Origin: Octopus vulgaris
Taxonomy: Eukaryota
Length of the DNA: 64,000 bases
Direction of reading: 5' to 3'
Assembly: GCA_951406725.2 (NCBI GenBank)
Contig: OX597821.1
Span: forward strand, 42,656,001 to 42,720,000
Numbering within the stretch: position 1 is the stretch's first letter; the number at the start of each line of letters is the position of its first letter. The notes under the pieces were generated by a model, which saw only the letters and a program-made list of their open reading frames with translations, ran no database searches and had not been told where the DNA came from. Shown one piece after another: positions 51,378 through 64,000 of this stretch. Both the position numbers and the translations under genes were made by a program.

Positions 51378-53050
51378 TTGTTTACACAAATATCGAATCA
51401 CGAACGCTTTTAACAAATAAATATAAAAATAGAATATTATATTGGGAAAAAAAAGATCCTGTCTCGTTTTTGACATGATCACTTTTTAAATACTTTACAC
51501 TCTAATGGGTTTTTATCTTTCTTTGGAGATTAGTTTGTATCATAGTGGTTACATTCGTATCGATTTTACCTTGTTAAAATTAGTTCATATCAGACACTGC
51601 ATGCTGCATTAACTCAAAAAGGTTTCTGTAGCAATGAAAGCGGCAAGAAATATTTCTTTTGCCTATGAAAATGAAGCTTTAAGTGTCCGGACAGGGAATA
51701 ATTTTTCTCTCGCAAATTCGCCTCAATCTGGACGACCAACTTCTGTTAATACTGAGCTTTTGAAAATCGTTGTTGGGGAAAATCCCCAGCAAACCGCACA
51801 AGAATTAGCAAAGTTCAGTTCAAGTCACATTTCGATCATAAAACGCTTCCATGAACTAGGAAAAGTGTCTATTGGAATTTGAACCTCAAACACAAATTTG
51901 CTATCATAAATGAACCACATCATTTCCACGTGTACAACCTAAAAATCGATCAATCAGTTTGAAGCTATATCATAAACATCATTTCAAATATTCTTGAGAT
52001 TCGCGCCCTTTTTTCATTAGTTGAGCAGTTTTCTAAACTAAATCATGGTAGAGCGCTCTTGGCATTTCAAGCAAGACAGACCTCGGCTCCCGCGACGCAA
52101 ACCAAGAGAGGAATCTTAACAAATTTCGGTTGACTCATATCTTTTTTGTCTCTTGCTTTCTAGATAACAAATTGCCGAGCAATTACAGTTAAGTCAATCC
52201 CTACATCCTGGTTTCGTTACCAGTGAGGATCCAATAATTTATGTATGTACTAATATATATATACTTAGCCTTCCTTTAATATTGCTAAATGTTCCCGGGT
52301 TGGCTTTTGTTGTAATATACGCAGCCAGCTTTATTTCAAACTATTATAGTTACAACATCAACTTTGACAATGATAGACGCCGGCGTGGCTATGTGGTAAG
52401 AATCTTGCTTTCCAACCACATAGATCCGGGTTCAGTCCCATTGCGTGCCACCTTGGGCAAGTGTCTTCTATAGCTTCGGCCCGATCAAAGCCTTGTGAGT
52501 GGATTTGGTAGATGGAAACTGAAAGAATCCTGTCGCGTATATATGTGTGTGTGTGTGTGTTTTGTGTCTATGTTTGTCCTCCTCACTATCGCCTGTGTTT
52601 ACGTCCCCGTAACGTAGCGGTTCGGCAAAAAGGACCTATAAAATAAGTACCAGACTTATAAAGAATAAGTCCATGGGTCGATTTCTTCGACTAAAAGGTG
52701 ATGCTCCAGTAAGGCCGCAGTCAAATGTCTGAAACAAGTAAAAGAGTAACAAACCGCAACAGAGTCTTCATTATCTGACTACTTTTGAACTTGATCAAAG
52801 ACTTGCGTTCTGCTTGTTCTTGAAGAGTAAGACTTGCTATCGACCTTTCTTAGGTAGACCCGGCTCAAGTGATGAAAAGTGAGCTCACTATAATCATAGC
52901 CAACGACAATGACAAGCATTCAATGAAAAGGGAGAATCCATCTTCAAACTAGGACTGCACCAAAAAGGGATTTGCTTTGAGTTTTGTTGGGTATGAAGGG
53001 TATTACCTATTATGAAGTATTAAGCCAAAACGGAACAATCCTCAAATCAC
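51378..53050 (+). mobile_element. Highly degraded mariner interrupted by other insertions, including the SINE at 52378-52748
   Basis: SPQSGRPTSVNTELLKIVVGENPQQTAQELAK...FHELGKVS at 51634-51882, and DEK*..YN...GLHQK...GMKGITYYEVL at about 52870-53030. Confidence 0.7.
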
Positions 53051-53733
53051 ATTGCATAGAAAATTTTTTATTTATTTGTTTATTTATTTATTTATTTGTC
53101 TTTGGTGTAGTACGTGTTAATTCCTATTTACCTCTATCTAGAAATCAAAGGAAATTACTTCAAACTTTGCTTTTGTGACCTGGACATCAATTTTTTTAAA
53201 CTGGCCTATTTTCCATTACATTTCGGACAGATTCAGCGTTGAGTGGCTGAAGCAGAATATCATAGAAAAATATTCTGCTCAATACCATAGATCTACATGT
53301 CAGTTGCTTGACCTTAAACACTTGAGCATGTTTCTTAGTGGCTAATAATATGTGTATCTCTGATCATGAGCAGAGGGAGCATTATAGCCATGCTTTTAAA
53401 GGGAGAATAAATATAACAAAAACAAAGTTTAAAGGTAATATAAGCCATTTTCATGCTTTCTAGAGGTAAGCAAATAAGAAATAACAGTTGCTACCCAAGG
53501 ACAAAAATCGTGTTACACGGTGTTATCATAGAGAATATATCAATATTTGCGTTTCGTGTTGAGTAGCATTTTACTCAACACTTGAGCCAAAAGTTTACTT
53601 GATGTGGATACTCTCCCAACTTAATCTAAGATTCCCTCGTCGGACCCGTGAAGTCGACCACACTGTCTGTCTCTCTTTCTCTCTCTTCACCCCACCTATA
53701 CTGGGGCCACAAATTACATTCACAAGCTGTTGG

Positions 53734-53990
53734 CTCAGATGCATGTCTAGTGGTTAAGATGTTACACTCATGATCATGAGATCATGGTCTCGACTCCCAG
53801 ACCAGTGCGTTCAGCAAAACAATTTATTTTGCGTTGTTCCATCCCACTCGGTTGTAAATGAGTTCCAGTAATAGCTGGGAAGTAAACTCTGCGACAGGCC
53901 GGTGTCACGTGCAAGAGGAGTGTTGAAATCATAGTCATCTATACGGTCTAAGTTCCAGCCTTATGATTCCTGGGGCTCATGACAGAACCG
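53734..53990 (+). mobile_element. tRNA-derived SINE with a V-domain-like 3' half
   Basis: tctagtggttaag (A box), ggtctcgactccc (B box), then ctgcgacaggccggtgtcacgtgcaagagg...ccagccttatga. Reverse head fragments at about 4830-4955 and 30590-30720. Confidence 0.6.
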
Positions 53991-54255
53991 GGTCCTAAGT
54001 CAAGGAGAAGAGAATTTTTTCCAGGCTAACGCGTATTGAAACTGAACCCGAAGCCTCGTCATTTCGAAGCGAAATCTTTAATCACACAGCCATCTCTACA
54101 TCCATAATCGCACCTAAACTTCTCCGAACATCTTATCGGTGATGTGTCACTACTGAAAGTTTGCGATAGAGAACTTCAATGTCTCAAACTTGACCTTGAT
54201 CAAAGTTCGAAATATCAAGCCAACAAATTTCATGTGTGTGTGGGTGTGTGGGGTG

Positions 54256-54298
<43 letters not shown>

Positions 54299-57200
54299 TT
54301 ACATAGACTCGCCATGATAGATCGCTAGCCACTACACATTCTTTATTTTCTCTCCTTGTTTCTTTCTGGATGGATTCTGAGAACTTTCAGAACAAGGGAC
54401 CAAGAAAATATGATGGTTTTATGGAAGACATTCATCCTCAGTCATTTGGACTATGCTCTCAGCTGTGGTCACCCTACAGTATCAAATTAATTGCGGAACT
54501 TGCTATAATGGGCTGCATGATTTCTGAAAAAAAAAAATTACTAATTGACAAGCCTTTACATAACTTTGTGACATCAAATGCTCTACTGATACGTGCCCCT
54601 CTATTCCTGCAACTGATACTGCAAAGTGCCCTTTCTATTCTGACCCAGCAAGTTCTCATCTAAGGCTGCCTAATGCATTCTTTTCTCTTCTTTTTCTTCT
54701 CCTTACCTTGTTTCACCCCCACCCCCCAATGCTCGCACTAAAATTCTTAATTGTCGGACAGTTGTCTAGTGAACGGATCCCCTGCCTCCTCATTAACATG
54801 CCATCCTTCGTAAAGACCGTTTCCTACAATCGGTCACCGTAACTTCTCCAAACTCACCCGAGCTTTCATTCTTCATCAAAACGAAACAAAAATTTACGGG
54901 ATTTCTTAAAGATTTAACGTCCATTCTACGGTGCCCCAAGTCTACGGTCAATGTTACCGACTACTTCCTCTGTATCTCTACTAACTTAACGTAACGTAGT
55001 GTATAGCATGCAAACTTTATAATTCAATGTGCAGAGGCGTAACGAGATGCTATTTGGGTGACCAGTTCCTAAATATCTGTAACAGCGGGGAGTCTCACAC
55101 CTAGAGTATGTCAATTAATTCACCCGGTCGCAACTTCCAGACAACCTCTTAGTCTGTAATGTTTTCCAATATTATTGCTCAATTGACTTCGCAAACTCAA
55201 GGAAAACTGCCTCAGCTTCATTCAACTCGGGAACTTCTACTCTACCATTAATACACGCCTCAACTTCCTATTTCTGCCTTCCTTTTCCTTTCTTCGGTGT
55301 CTTCTTTTCTGATAGTTTAATGTAGAATGTGCTATTTGAAATACTCCTATATAAGAAAGAATGTGTACAGGCGTCAGTGTGTGAGTATATACTCCTATAT
55401 ATTCATGTTTGCTTGTCTTTATGTTATGTACACGTTTGTACCTGTAAATGGGAGCAAAGATGTGTACTAGTACTGGTCAAACAATTCGGCCGTTCTAAAT
55501 TTAAAATATCTTGACCCTCTCACATCACATTTCTTTTCCCAACCTCTTTCCCCACATTATCTTCTCTATGAATTAAGAATATTTCACAGTGATAAGAATA
55601 TTTCTGATCACTGTTTTTTTCCCTTCTTCTTCCTACCTGGACACGGATCTTCTCTTTACTTGACTCGAGACTTTGAATCATACCCTTTTTTCCCTCAAAT
55701 TCTATCTTCATCCCTCTTAAGTCGCTTTTCAACCCATACCTCTGACCATTTCCTTTCTTTCTTTATAGTAGTATAGTGTAGTTTATGGATGGTTTGGATG
55801 CTATTTCTAGCAGATTAAACGACGTGATGAAGGCTCCCTCCTTGATTCATCGTTGTTATAGTTACTGCAACCAACCCAGCTGTGACTATCCCGTCTTTTT
55901 AAAGGCACAGTTTTCTTTCTTTTATTGACCAAACTATCAGATGTCCCTAAACATCGCACTTCTCATCTATTTGAGCCCGAAATGTTTGACTACGCCATCT
56001 TCCTCATCGTCCTATAGATCCCCCGAATGAGACTTCCCTATCTCTCGGCTACTGCCCGCCATCTACACAGGTTCACATGTTGTCTGTGAAACCAGCAAAG
56101 CAGAATTTGCACTTTCGGTATTCTGTGATCATGCTATCCACTTCACTCCTTTCTCAAATCACCGTTTCAAGTATGCTCATACATTAGAGGCATGGGGATT
56201 TTTAAGCCTCAGCTGTGATCATCCCATCTTTTTAGGGCTATATTACTGAATGTGTCCTTTCCTTATTAAAGACAGAACGGTTTGATTTAAAGATTTAGCC
56301 GCTATTTCTTGAAGGTCAAGCAATCACGTAGAAGTTCCCTCTTTGCTTTGTATTTCTGGATGGTGGTGGTGGTGGTGGTGGTGATTTTGGCGTTTCTGTG
56401 ATAAAAGTCAACGAGTAATTCTCAAACAGAGCTTAGACAGAATTACCAATATTGTAAAGCACAAATATGACCGTAAACCAAACAGATTCACAAATGTGAT
56501 AAAGAAAGATAGACAAACATTTAAGAAAAATTTGTTTTTAAGATGTGTTTTTAAGATAACGCAGACGGGAGCTACGCATTTTGGGAGGGAATAATAGATT
56601 AAATTGATCCAAGAGGTTGACAGGTAGTTTATTCTTTCAACATCGGAAGGTAGAAATACCATATGGATCTTGGTGGCCTTTGAGTTCAGGCCACTGAGCC
56701 CAATTAATGCTGTAAAAAAAAATCGCAACATCTTATATTTTGTATTGTTGTCTATTAATTTTTGTATTGTCATCCATTTTATTGATTATTATATCAACAT
56801 TGGTGAAATAAAGAAATTTTTTTATTATCAATTCCAGGTACACAGTTTTCTTACACAGATGAATAAAAAAACAACTGTCACATTAGTTTTTCTAATAGGG
56901 GTGCAATGGATTACTGAAAGGCTTGGCAAGGGTGTCTCGAGGCAAAAAAAGGTTGGGATACTCTGTATTAAAAAGTAGATTAAGTGGAATTGTCTGAAAT
57001 TCATTGAGATAAGCAATCGAATTACATTGACAGTTACCAGTGAGTTTGACATTAACTTCATAGCACGTGTCTAAATCATATTCTACAACATACAATGTAT
57101 GTTCATCTTTATCCATTGAAAAACTCCTAAATGAAGCGTTCTTGGCAGCCATTCTTTTATTTTCTTATAATTAATGTTACGTTTTCTTCTTCATATACAT

Positions 57201-58289
57201 CACTTGCTGTCGGATTTTGATTAACTTTAAGGAAAAGAAGGATCCTTTTGCTGATTTGGATATAACAATTGCAATAACAAAACCAATAATAACAGTATTA
57301 ATTAAAACAGAACAGTAGCATCAATAGCAACAACACCAAAAAGAAAAACATGGAGTTGATAAGGAGAATGACATCTAGATACACTAGTTTCCATGACACA
57401 AAGCAGAAAACTCAAGCTTTCAAAGTGTCTGTCTTTTCTGTAAAACCTGAACCACAAGAGAATGAACCGAAACCTCAGGTAAATATTCCAACATTTGGCT
57501 GGTTAGCTACCTATCAGCATAGGTTGATCGTTCGATATATAGGTATAACTTGTAATAAAACAAAATGGTTTGTTTATTGTTCATAGAACTACCTGATGTA
57601 TTATAGAAGTATTTGTTTTGGACAAAATGCCACATAGTATTTAGTTGTTTCCCTTTACATTCTGAGTTCGAATCCTGCTGAAGGTAACTTTATCTTTCAT
57701 CTTTCTGTGCTCTAAAAAATAATAATAATTCAAGTAGAGAGGCCGATTAAAAAGCCTGTATTAATTCTCCACAAATTTGTGGTGGCAGACTTTCAGAATA
57801 GCTGCTCCACATAAGTTGAAATTTCTCCCTTTTTGTCGAGATTTATCTTTTCTTTTTCTTTTCTTATTTTATTTATTTTCTTTTTTTTTCCTTTTTTGTA
57901 TCCTGCATTTCAAAACAATGGGGAAGAGACTTTAAATAAATTTAAAACCAAGGTTTTTAAACGTCTGCCTCACCTCTCCATCATACCTTCACAACACCCA
58001 CTATTAGCTCCCATCCATCCGTCCGTTCATCCATCCAAGTCCGCTCACACTTCCTATGAGGCCTGCGGGAGTTGCGTTCTCAAATATTTCCTTCATGGGG
58101 TCCTATCAGAAGTCATTACACTTTCCGGCTGATTCCCAAGTGTAACCAACTGAAACTACGGACATTATCCGACCATCTCTTTCTTCTCTACCCCTAGGTC
58201 TACTACCGGTCAGTTTGGCTCAAAGAATCCGTCTTGTGATTCTTTCTTGCGATGTTCTTGTCCCATGTCGGTAGTGTCGGAGCTGTGAC

Positions 58290-58540
58290 CTCTCAGCTAC
58301 TCACCCAGTCAAGTAACATTACTCCAGAGAACCTTTGGAGGAACCCGTTTTGCCTGCTTGTATTCACAATTGTACTCTTTCAGTCATTACCCAACATTCA
58401 TGACCATAGGTTAGGATAGGCACGAAAACCGAATTGAAGACAGCAAGTAGCATTACTTTGAGGGTACATGCAATTTTAGCATCCAACCCAGTCTCCTGTT
58501 TCCCATCACTTGTGAATACGACTCCAAAATACTTAAACTA
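58290..58540 (-). mobile_element. RTE (Rex3/Expander-like) LINE fragment
   Basis: Minus strand reads FKYFGVVFTSDGKQE... and LAVFNSVFVPILTYGHECWVMTER, the same family as 12060-12535. Confidence 0.8.
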
Positions 58541-58569
58541 TAGTTATTACATGTTTTAAAAAAATTGTA

Positions 58570-58860
58570 TGGACGTAATAAAGGCTTATATGGTGTGGTA
58601 TCTGGAAATTTTATTGTAAGTGATTAGTGTGGTTTTTCCCTTCCAGCACCCAACTAAGCGTCAATTCTTGTCTGCTTACTACTTCACTGAATTCTCTAGA
58701 TGTATATCCACGGGTGCTAGTGAGGTACTTGAAATTAGGGACTTTGTAAATTCCTGGTGATTTCTAATTGCTGTTCTTAATGTGTTGTGAACACCGTGTT
58801 GATAGTCCATGTTTGCGGTGCTATTTTTTAAAATTTTCTTCATTCATTCTAATCCATTGA
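58570..58860 (-). mobile_element. R4/Dong-like non-LTR reverse transcriptase fragment
   Basis: Minus strand reads N*KSPGIYKVPNF-KYLTST...SWVLEGK/TTLI, resembling the NWKSPG.D...W...GKTxLIPK segment. Confidence 0.6.
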
Positions 58861-58934
58861 ATATTTTTATTGTATTGAGTGCTGATGACCCTCAAAGTAT
58901 ACCTGAATTTCTGTTGGCATGTCTTCTAGTGAAA

Positions 58935-59092
58935 GGCGAAAGTCCGCGAAGTAGAAACAGTACTGTGTATTTTTAAAATCATTTTTATAATTTTGTATAT
59001 ATTTATTTTATTATAAATGCAAAACAACACTACGGGGGAATCGTAAATAATAAACCGCGATAGGTGAACCGCGATATAGCGAGGGATTACTG
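58935..59092. mobile_element. Tigger/pogo-like MITE terminus
   Basis: aaaccgcgataggtgaaccgcgatatagcgagggattactg followed by TA. Confidence 0.65.
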
Positions 59093-59547
59093 TATCTTAT
59101 TCTGCACAATTTTACTGTTATGCTTGGTTTCAGCCTTTCTTTTACTCCCAGAATGTGTTCGCTTTCTCAACTGATCATAAATCTTTTTGTTATCTGGGTT
59201 CTTTTCCTTTTCATATTGAATCTCTTCTTGTCTAATTCATTAAGTAATGATAGGTCTTTCTTTTTACTTCTTTTTTCCTTTTACGCAATACCCCCACCCC
59301 CATTTTTGACGGGAGGTATGGTTTAGTGTCTATATCTATTAGGAACTAACCCGGTGTCCATCGATACAACCATTATAGTTGACTAGATCATAAAGTTGTT
59401 TATTTGTTACTTGAGAAGTATTTATGCTGACCCTCATTCATTCGTTAATATAGTGATGTTGTCTTCAATTTCCTTTATTCAGATCCTCCTCAATGTTACC
59501 ACTGAGTGATTTCTTGTATATTTATTAAGTATGAGAGCTAGAGTACA

Positions 59548-59853
59548 AATCTATTGTGGTCATGTATTGGGTCCAATAGTGGGACTGCTGTTGCCCAATA
59601 TTGGGACTGTTGTGGCCCAGTATTGGGACTTACGTGCAACACTTTGGCAACAGAAAGGGCAGACGAAACGAAATACACAACACTCACATTCTGTCACAAT
59701 GAAACAAAATGAACAAAAATCACCTGAAGGCGCAAAATTTATTGCTTCAGCAAGTTGCAACCCTTTGAAGAGAGGGATCACCAGCCCTATTAGCCCTATA
59801 CTGTAGCACCAGCCCTATCCTACCACCAGCCCTATCCTACCACCAGCCCTATC
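59548..59853. repeat. Two short tandem-repeat blocks
   Basis: A 21-bp unit (ccaatattgggactgytgtkg) occurs ~3 times at 59560-59630. A caccagccctat(cctac) unit occurs 4 times at 59779-59852. Confidence 0.8.
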
Positions 59854-61247
59854 AGCGCTTCTTTTAACATTATGATGACATATTTACCACCAACGATAAA
59901 GCCGAAGATACAATAAACGTCTGAACGAATCTCCTTCCTATTTTGTATGTAGACACCGCTTGAATAATCTTACTAAATAACTTTAAACTCATTTCTTTAT
60001 TGCTATCTCACTGAGTCCTATTACAAAGCCCTCAAATCAATTAGTTTGCTAATCTGGACAGTTTTGCACCATCTTCTCCACTTGAACCTTCTGTATAACA
60101 ACCTCAACACTTGAACTATCCGGAACTTCAAATCAACTAAATTGATCAATACTGTGCTGACTATTCTTGGCAACAAACGTCCTTCTCACCAAATTCTCAG
60201 AACATCTCGGCTGGCGTCCATCTGAGAACCTCTGTGTAAATTGTTACCAAGTGTGAAATATTCTTTGGTCACTTCAGTCCAACAAGATCATCCTCAATCA
60301 ATACACTTCGAAATTCACGTCTTTGTTCACTCGTTTCACATCTGTTTTTCCATGCTTGCATGGATTAAATGAATATATTATTGAGACATTGTTTTTACAA
60401 CCGGACGCCCTTCCTGTTGCCAGCCGTTATCTTTTTTCCGAATGAGGGATTTCACCATATCTTTTAACACAATGAATTTCTCTTTGTAATCAGCACCTAC
60501 CAGTACTGTTTTTGTAGAACCAGATTTAACCCTTTTTTGGTATCATATTTCCGGTAAAATTCCCTACTTATGTGTTTCAGTTATCTTTCAAAATAATTAA
60601 AATCATGGGATGATTTAATAAAATGATTAAGTTTTACATTAATCATTTAATCCAAATGTGAATATTTTAAAAATTAAATGTCTTGTACATTATTATCAGA
60701 GAGAGTTTGGTATTGAAAAAGATTTAGCATCTTACATCCTATATCACACACCAGTCTTCTCTCACGCTTGAAAACTTTATAGAAACCAATGATTTTTGTC
60801 TTTGACATCACAAAAGTTTCGATTGCAACAAACTCACATGAGAGCAATTAGACGTAGTTTTCCAGCCGTTCACGTCACCTACCTTTCTCAAACAATTACC
60901 GCCATATAATTTTTTATCGTTTGTTTATATTAGTGCTCTCGTACTTTTCTTTTTTATGTTCACAGTATGATCCACAACATCCAATGCATGCTGAATTTCC
61001 TTTTATCCCAGACAGAGCCCGAGTAATTATAAAAGATTGTTTACGTGGTAATTTAGAGGGTAAGTTTTAGCCTTTTTCAGTAGCTGACAAGATCAAAACT
61101 GCTGAATGGAATGTGTCTATTTTTGACGGTAGCCTTAATGCATCTCTTTCACTGCCTTTAGGAGAATCCACTCTGGTGCAAACATAGAGACCTACTCCCT
61201 GATAACTCAATATCTTGCTGTGTTACTGGTTCTTACCGCAGCAACCA

Positions 61248-62132
61248 TGATATGTGGTCTATTTTTCTCTTCCCTTTCCTACCACAGTCTGAGAAGCATA
61301 CATAATGTATATGTGTGTTAGCAGAGTGTGTCTGTGTGCGCGACATAAGTACATATATAATAAGAACAATAATAATAGACAGGCCGTCATGCATACATAA
61401 TGTGTAGGTGTGTACAAACAAGGTTGTATGCGTGTGAGATAAAATACAGAGCAAAGAAAGTGGTTACAATAGGACGCTAGATGAATGTTCAGACACAAGT
61501 TGAAGATATATACCAGTTCGTAGTAAGTTACACAATAGTTGAAGAAGCTGTAACAAGAAGTTGAGGTCACAAGGCAGAGCTGGTTGTACACATGTCGTGT
61601 AAGCGGTTGTGGCTGCTATGCTGTGCCGGGTTACTTGGTACAGAAAGTACTCGCAGGTTGAGCTTACTATTGACCATGTTGAATTATTCACAAACAGTGA
61701 GAAGTTAAACCTAGGCGAAGTTGCTGTTGGCGTCGTTAAGATGAAGGCGACGGAGATGGAGGTCCGGAATTGATGTTGTCTGACGTTGGAATTGGCTGTC
61801 TGTCGCTGGGTTCTCTGTGGTCAGAGGTTAGTCCTTAGAAGGACTAGAACCAAAGACGAGATACTGTTTGTTGATCTAGCTTTATAGAGATTAGGAGGCT
61901 CCATCAGAGAATTCAGAAGACTGTGTCACGGGACCTTATCAGAAGGTTGCGATTGGTTGGGTTGCACTTTGGCGAGTAATACAGCAAGAGACAAACTGCG
62001 CCAATATCAACCAATCAGAGTATTGGGCACAACAAGGCCCAAACGGCCGAAGGTTAGCTGTTATCTGCTACGTCCGTATTTGTGTTATATATGTCAGAGA
62101 GAGAGAAAGCATTTCACTAAGCGTCCACTACA
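61248..62132 (-). mobile_element. LTR-like element A (Gypsy-type 5' LTR candidate)
   Basis: On the minus strand it starts TGTAG, has two CCAAT boxes and TATAAA (61881-61886), and ends CA followed by PBS-like TGGTTGCTGCGGT. Homologous to 63251-64000. Confidence 0.65.
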
Positions 62133-63250
62133 AATCCTAGTGAGGAAAATGCAAAAGTTATTTGTACAGTTCTAACTTGCATTAAAGCCATTCCTGTTTT
62201 TAAAAAATCTCTTATAAAACTTATGTTTAGCAGGGTCGTTTTATTGATTAAGTTTAGGAAAGAAGAAGCAATATTAAAACTAACATTTAAACTGAAAGAC
62301 AGATTAAACTACGTAAACATCCTTCTGGTATTCTTAGCATAAGCAGTATTTTGTCAGGGTATATATTGAACTTCATTGGAGAAGCCGCTTCTGTTTAAAG
62401 CCTTATTATAATATTTAGGAGAATTAAATATTCATGTTGTTATGTATGCTAAAAGCTCTTTTCTTTCCTATGATGACCTTTTCTAAGTAAAATGTATTGT
62501 TAGGTGCATGCGTGGTTCTGTGATAAGAGGTTTGCTTTCCAGTCAACTGTGTGCGTGTGTGTGTGTGTGTATGTGTTCGTGTGTGTGTGTGTGTGTGTGT
62601 GTTCGTGTGTGTGTGTGTGTGTGTGTGTCTGTGTGTCTGGTTACCCCCACTACCACTTGATAACTGCTGTTGGTGTGTTTACGTCCTTGTAACGTGGCAA
62701 AAGAGACTGGTGGAATGAGTACTAGGCTTAAAAAATAAGTACTAGAATCGACTCGTTGGACTAAAATTTTTCAAGGTGGCGCCACAGCATAGCCGCAGTC
62801 TAATGTCTGATAAGGTTAAAGGATAAAAAACAAAAATATGGAACATTTTGATGTTCCTATGTGTTGCATTTAATGGTGCCGAAGTTTGTAACTTTATTTA
62901 TTTTATAAACTTTTCAAATGAAATTCGCTTCTATAGAGTTTAGCATGTAGAGAGATGAAAGATTAGTTGTAACCTGCAATAAGAATGGGCATAGTTAGAA
63001 AGGATTAGTAACAAATAATTAGAACTCAAAAGTTTGGGTCTAAAGATTATTGTAAGTGCACAGTCAATATTTTAGATATTAACACGTATAGTCTACATGT
63101 AAAATATTATAATTTAGGAAATCTAGCAGAAATAAATCGTTGCATAACTTTTAAATTTCGTTTTCTTGCATTTATCAATTATAAGTGTATTACCATGGTT
63201 TTTTGTGCGACCATAGGCAAAATGCGTAAATAACATGACATCATTACCAT

Positions 63251-64000
63251 TGTAGCGTAACTGATATCCTCACTGATTGAGAGACACATTAAGAATAATC
63301 TCGTGGTAGTTAACAACCATCTTTGACTAGTTTGACCCTGTTGTGTCCACTGCTCTGATTGGTTGGCATTTGGCGCAGTTTGTCTCTGGACTTATTTCGC
63401 ACCAGTGTGTAAGCCAACCAATCGCGGCCTTTGAATAGGGTTTCGTGATACTGTTTTTCAGATGTCCTGTTTGAGCCACTTTAACCCTATAAAGAGCCCA
63501 GCATTCACTATTCCAGGCCTTTGGCTCTAGACCTTTTAAGGTCTAGTCACTGACCACCGAGCTACTCAGCCATGTTCCAGTTCCAGTGACAGACGACCAG
63601 CCAGCCAGCCAGCCATGAAGACGCTATTATACACCAGCGACAGACAGGACGTTCTACATTTCCGTCGCCTTCATCTCAACGTCGTCTCCCTCTGCCGCCG
63701 CCATGAACATCATCCTTCAATTCTGCGTCGTCTCTATCTCCGTCGTCTTCAGCAATACGTACACAGCACTCGCCCAGGTTTAAACTCCCGCTGTTTGTGA
63801 ATATTTCACAGAGGTAAAACAGTTACAGTCTACCTGAAGAACTTTCTGTATCAAGAGACTCGGCACGGCATTGAAGTCACAAACCGCTGCACGACATGTG
63901 CCCAATCGGCCTCTGCCTCGTGTCCACAAAATCTTGTTATAGAACTGTTTGCTATTGTGTACCTCACTTACGAACTGGTAAACAAATTCCATCTTCACTC
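63251..64000 (+). mobile_element. LTR-like element B (runs off the window end)
   Basis: Starts TGTAG, has CCAAT boxes (ctgattgg, ccaaccaatcgc) and TATAAA at 63488-63493. Collinear blocks of similarity to element A. Confidence 0.65.

Noticed and set aside
58877-58972. Apparent hammerhead: gagtg CTGATGA ... GAAAC agtact GTG
   Set aside because: The GAAAC half lies within the Tigger-like MITE end, there is no sensible stem II, and the triplet is GUG. It is a chance juxtaposition.
59548-59853. CRISPR-like array
   Set aside because: The repeats are contiguous without unique spacers, there are no cas genes and the context is eukaryotic.
59870-60310. Possible reverse transcriptase relic (YDDIF-like)
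   Set aside because: Too degenerate to extend into further RT motifs by eye.

Overview
AT-rich, repeat-dense animal genomic DNA. The SINE families and microsatellite load look like a coleoid cephalopod, probably Octopus (inference, not a database result). One host gene is present: a complete 5-exon TMEM38/TRIC trimeric intracellular cation channel on the minus strand (CDS 49269-49140, 17983-17824, 10205-10021, 8910-8823, 6425-6143; 846 nt, 281 aa; all GT-AG with matching phases), with a ~31 kb first intron. The rest is mostly transposon debris: tRNA-derived SINEs (some in tandem arrays), a full-length dead mariner, other Tc1/mariner remnants, TTAA and other MITEs, a non-autonomous Helitron with an empty-site paralog, Gypsy, RTE and R4-like fragments, and Penelope-type fragments with degenerate hammerhead ribozyme motifs. 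The most notable signals are two divergently oriented, diverged LTR-like repeats at 61.2-64 kb that keep promoter spacing and hairpins with compensatory changes, and a CpG-poor to CpG-rich switch near 34 kb inside intron 1. I found no new protein-coding system. Element boundaries were read by eye and are approximate unless a TSD or TIR is cited.
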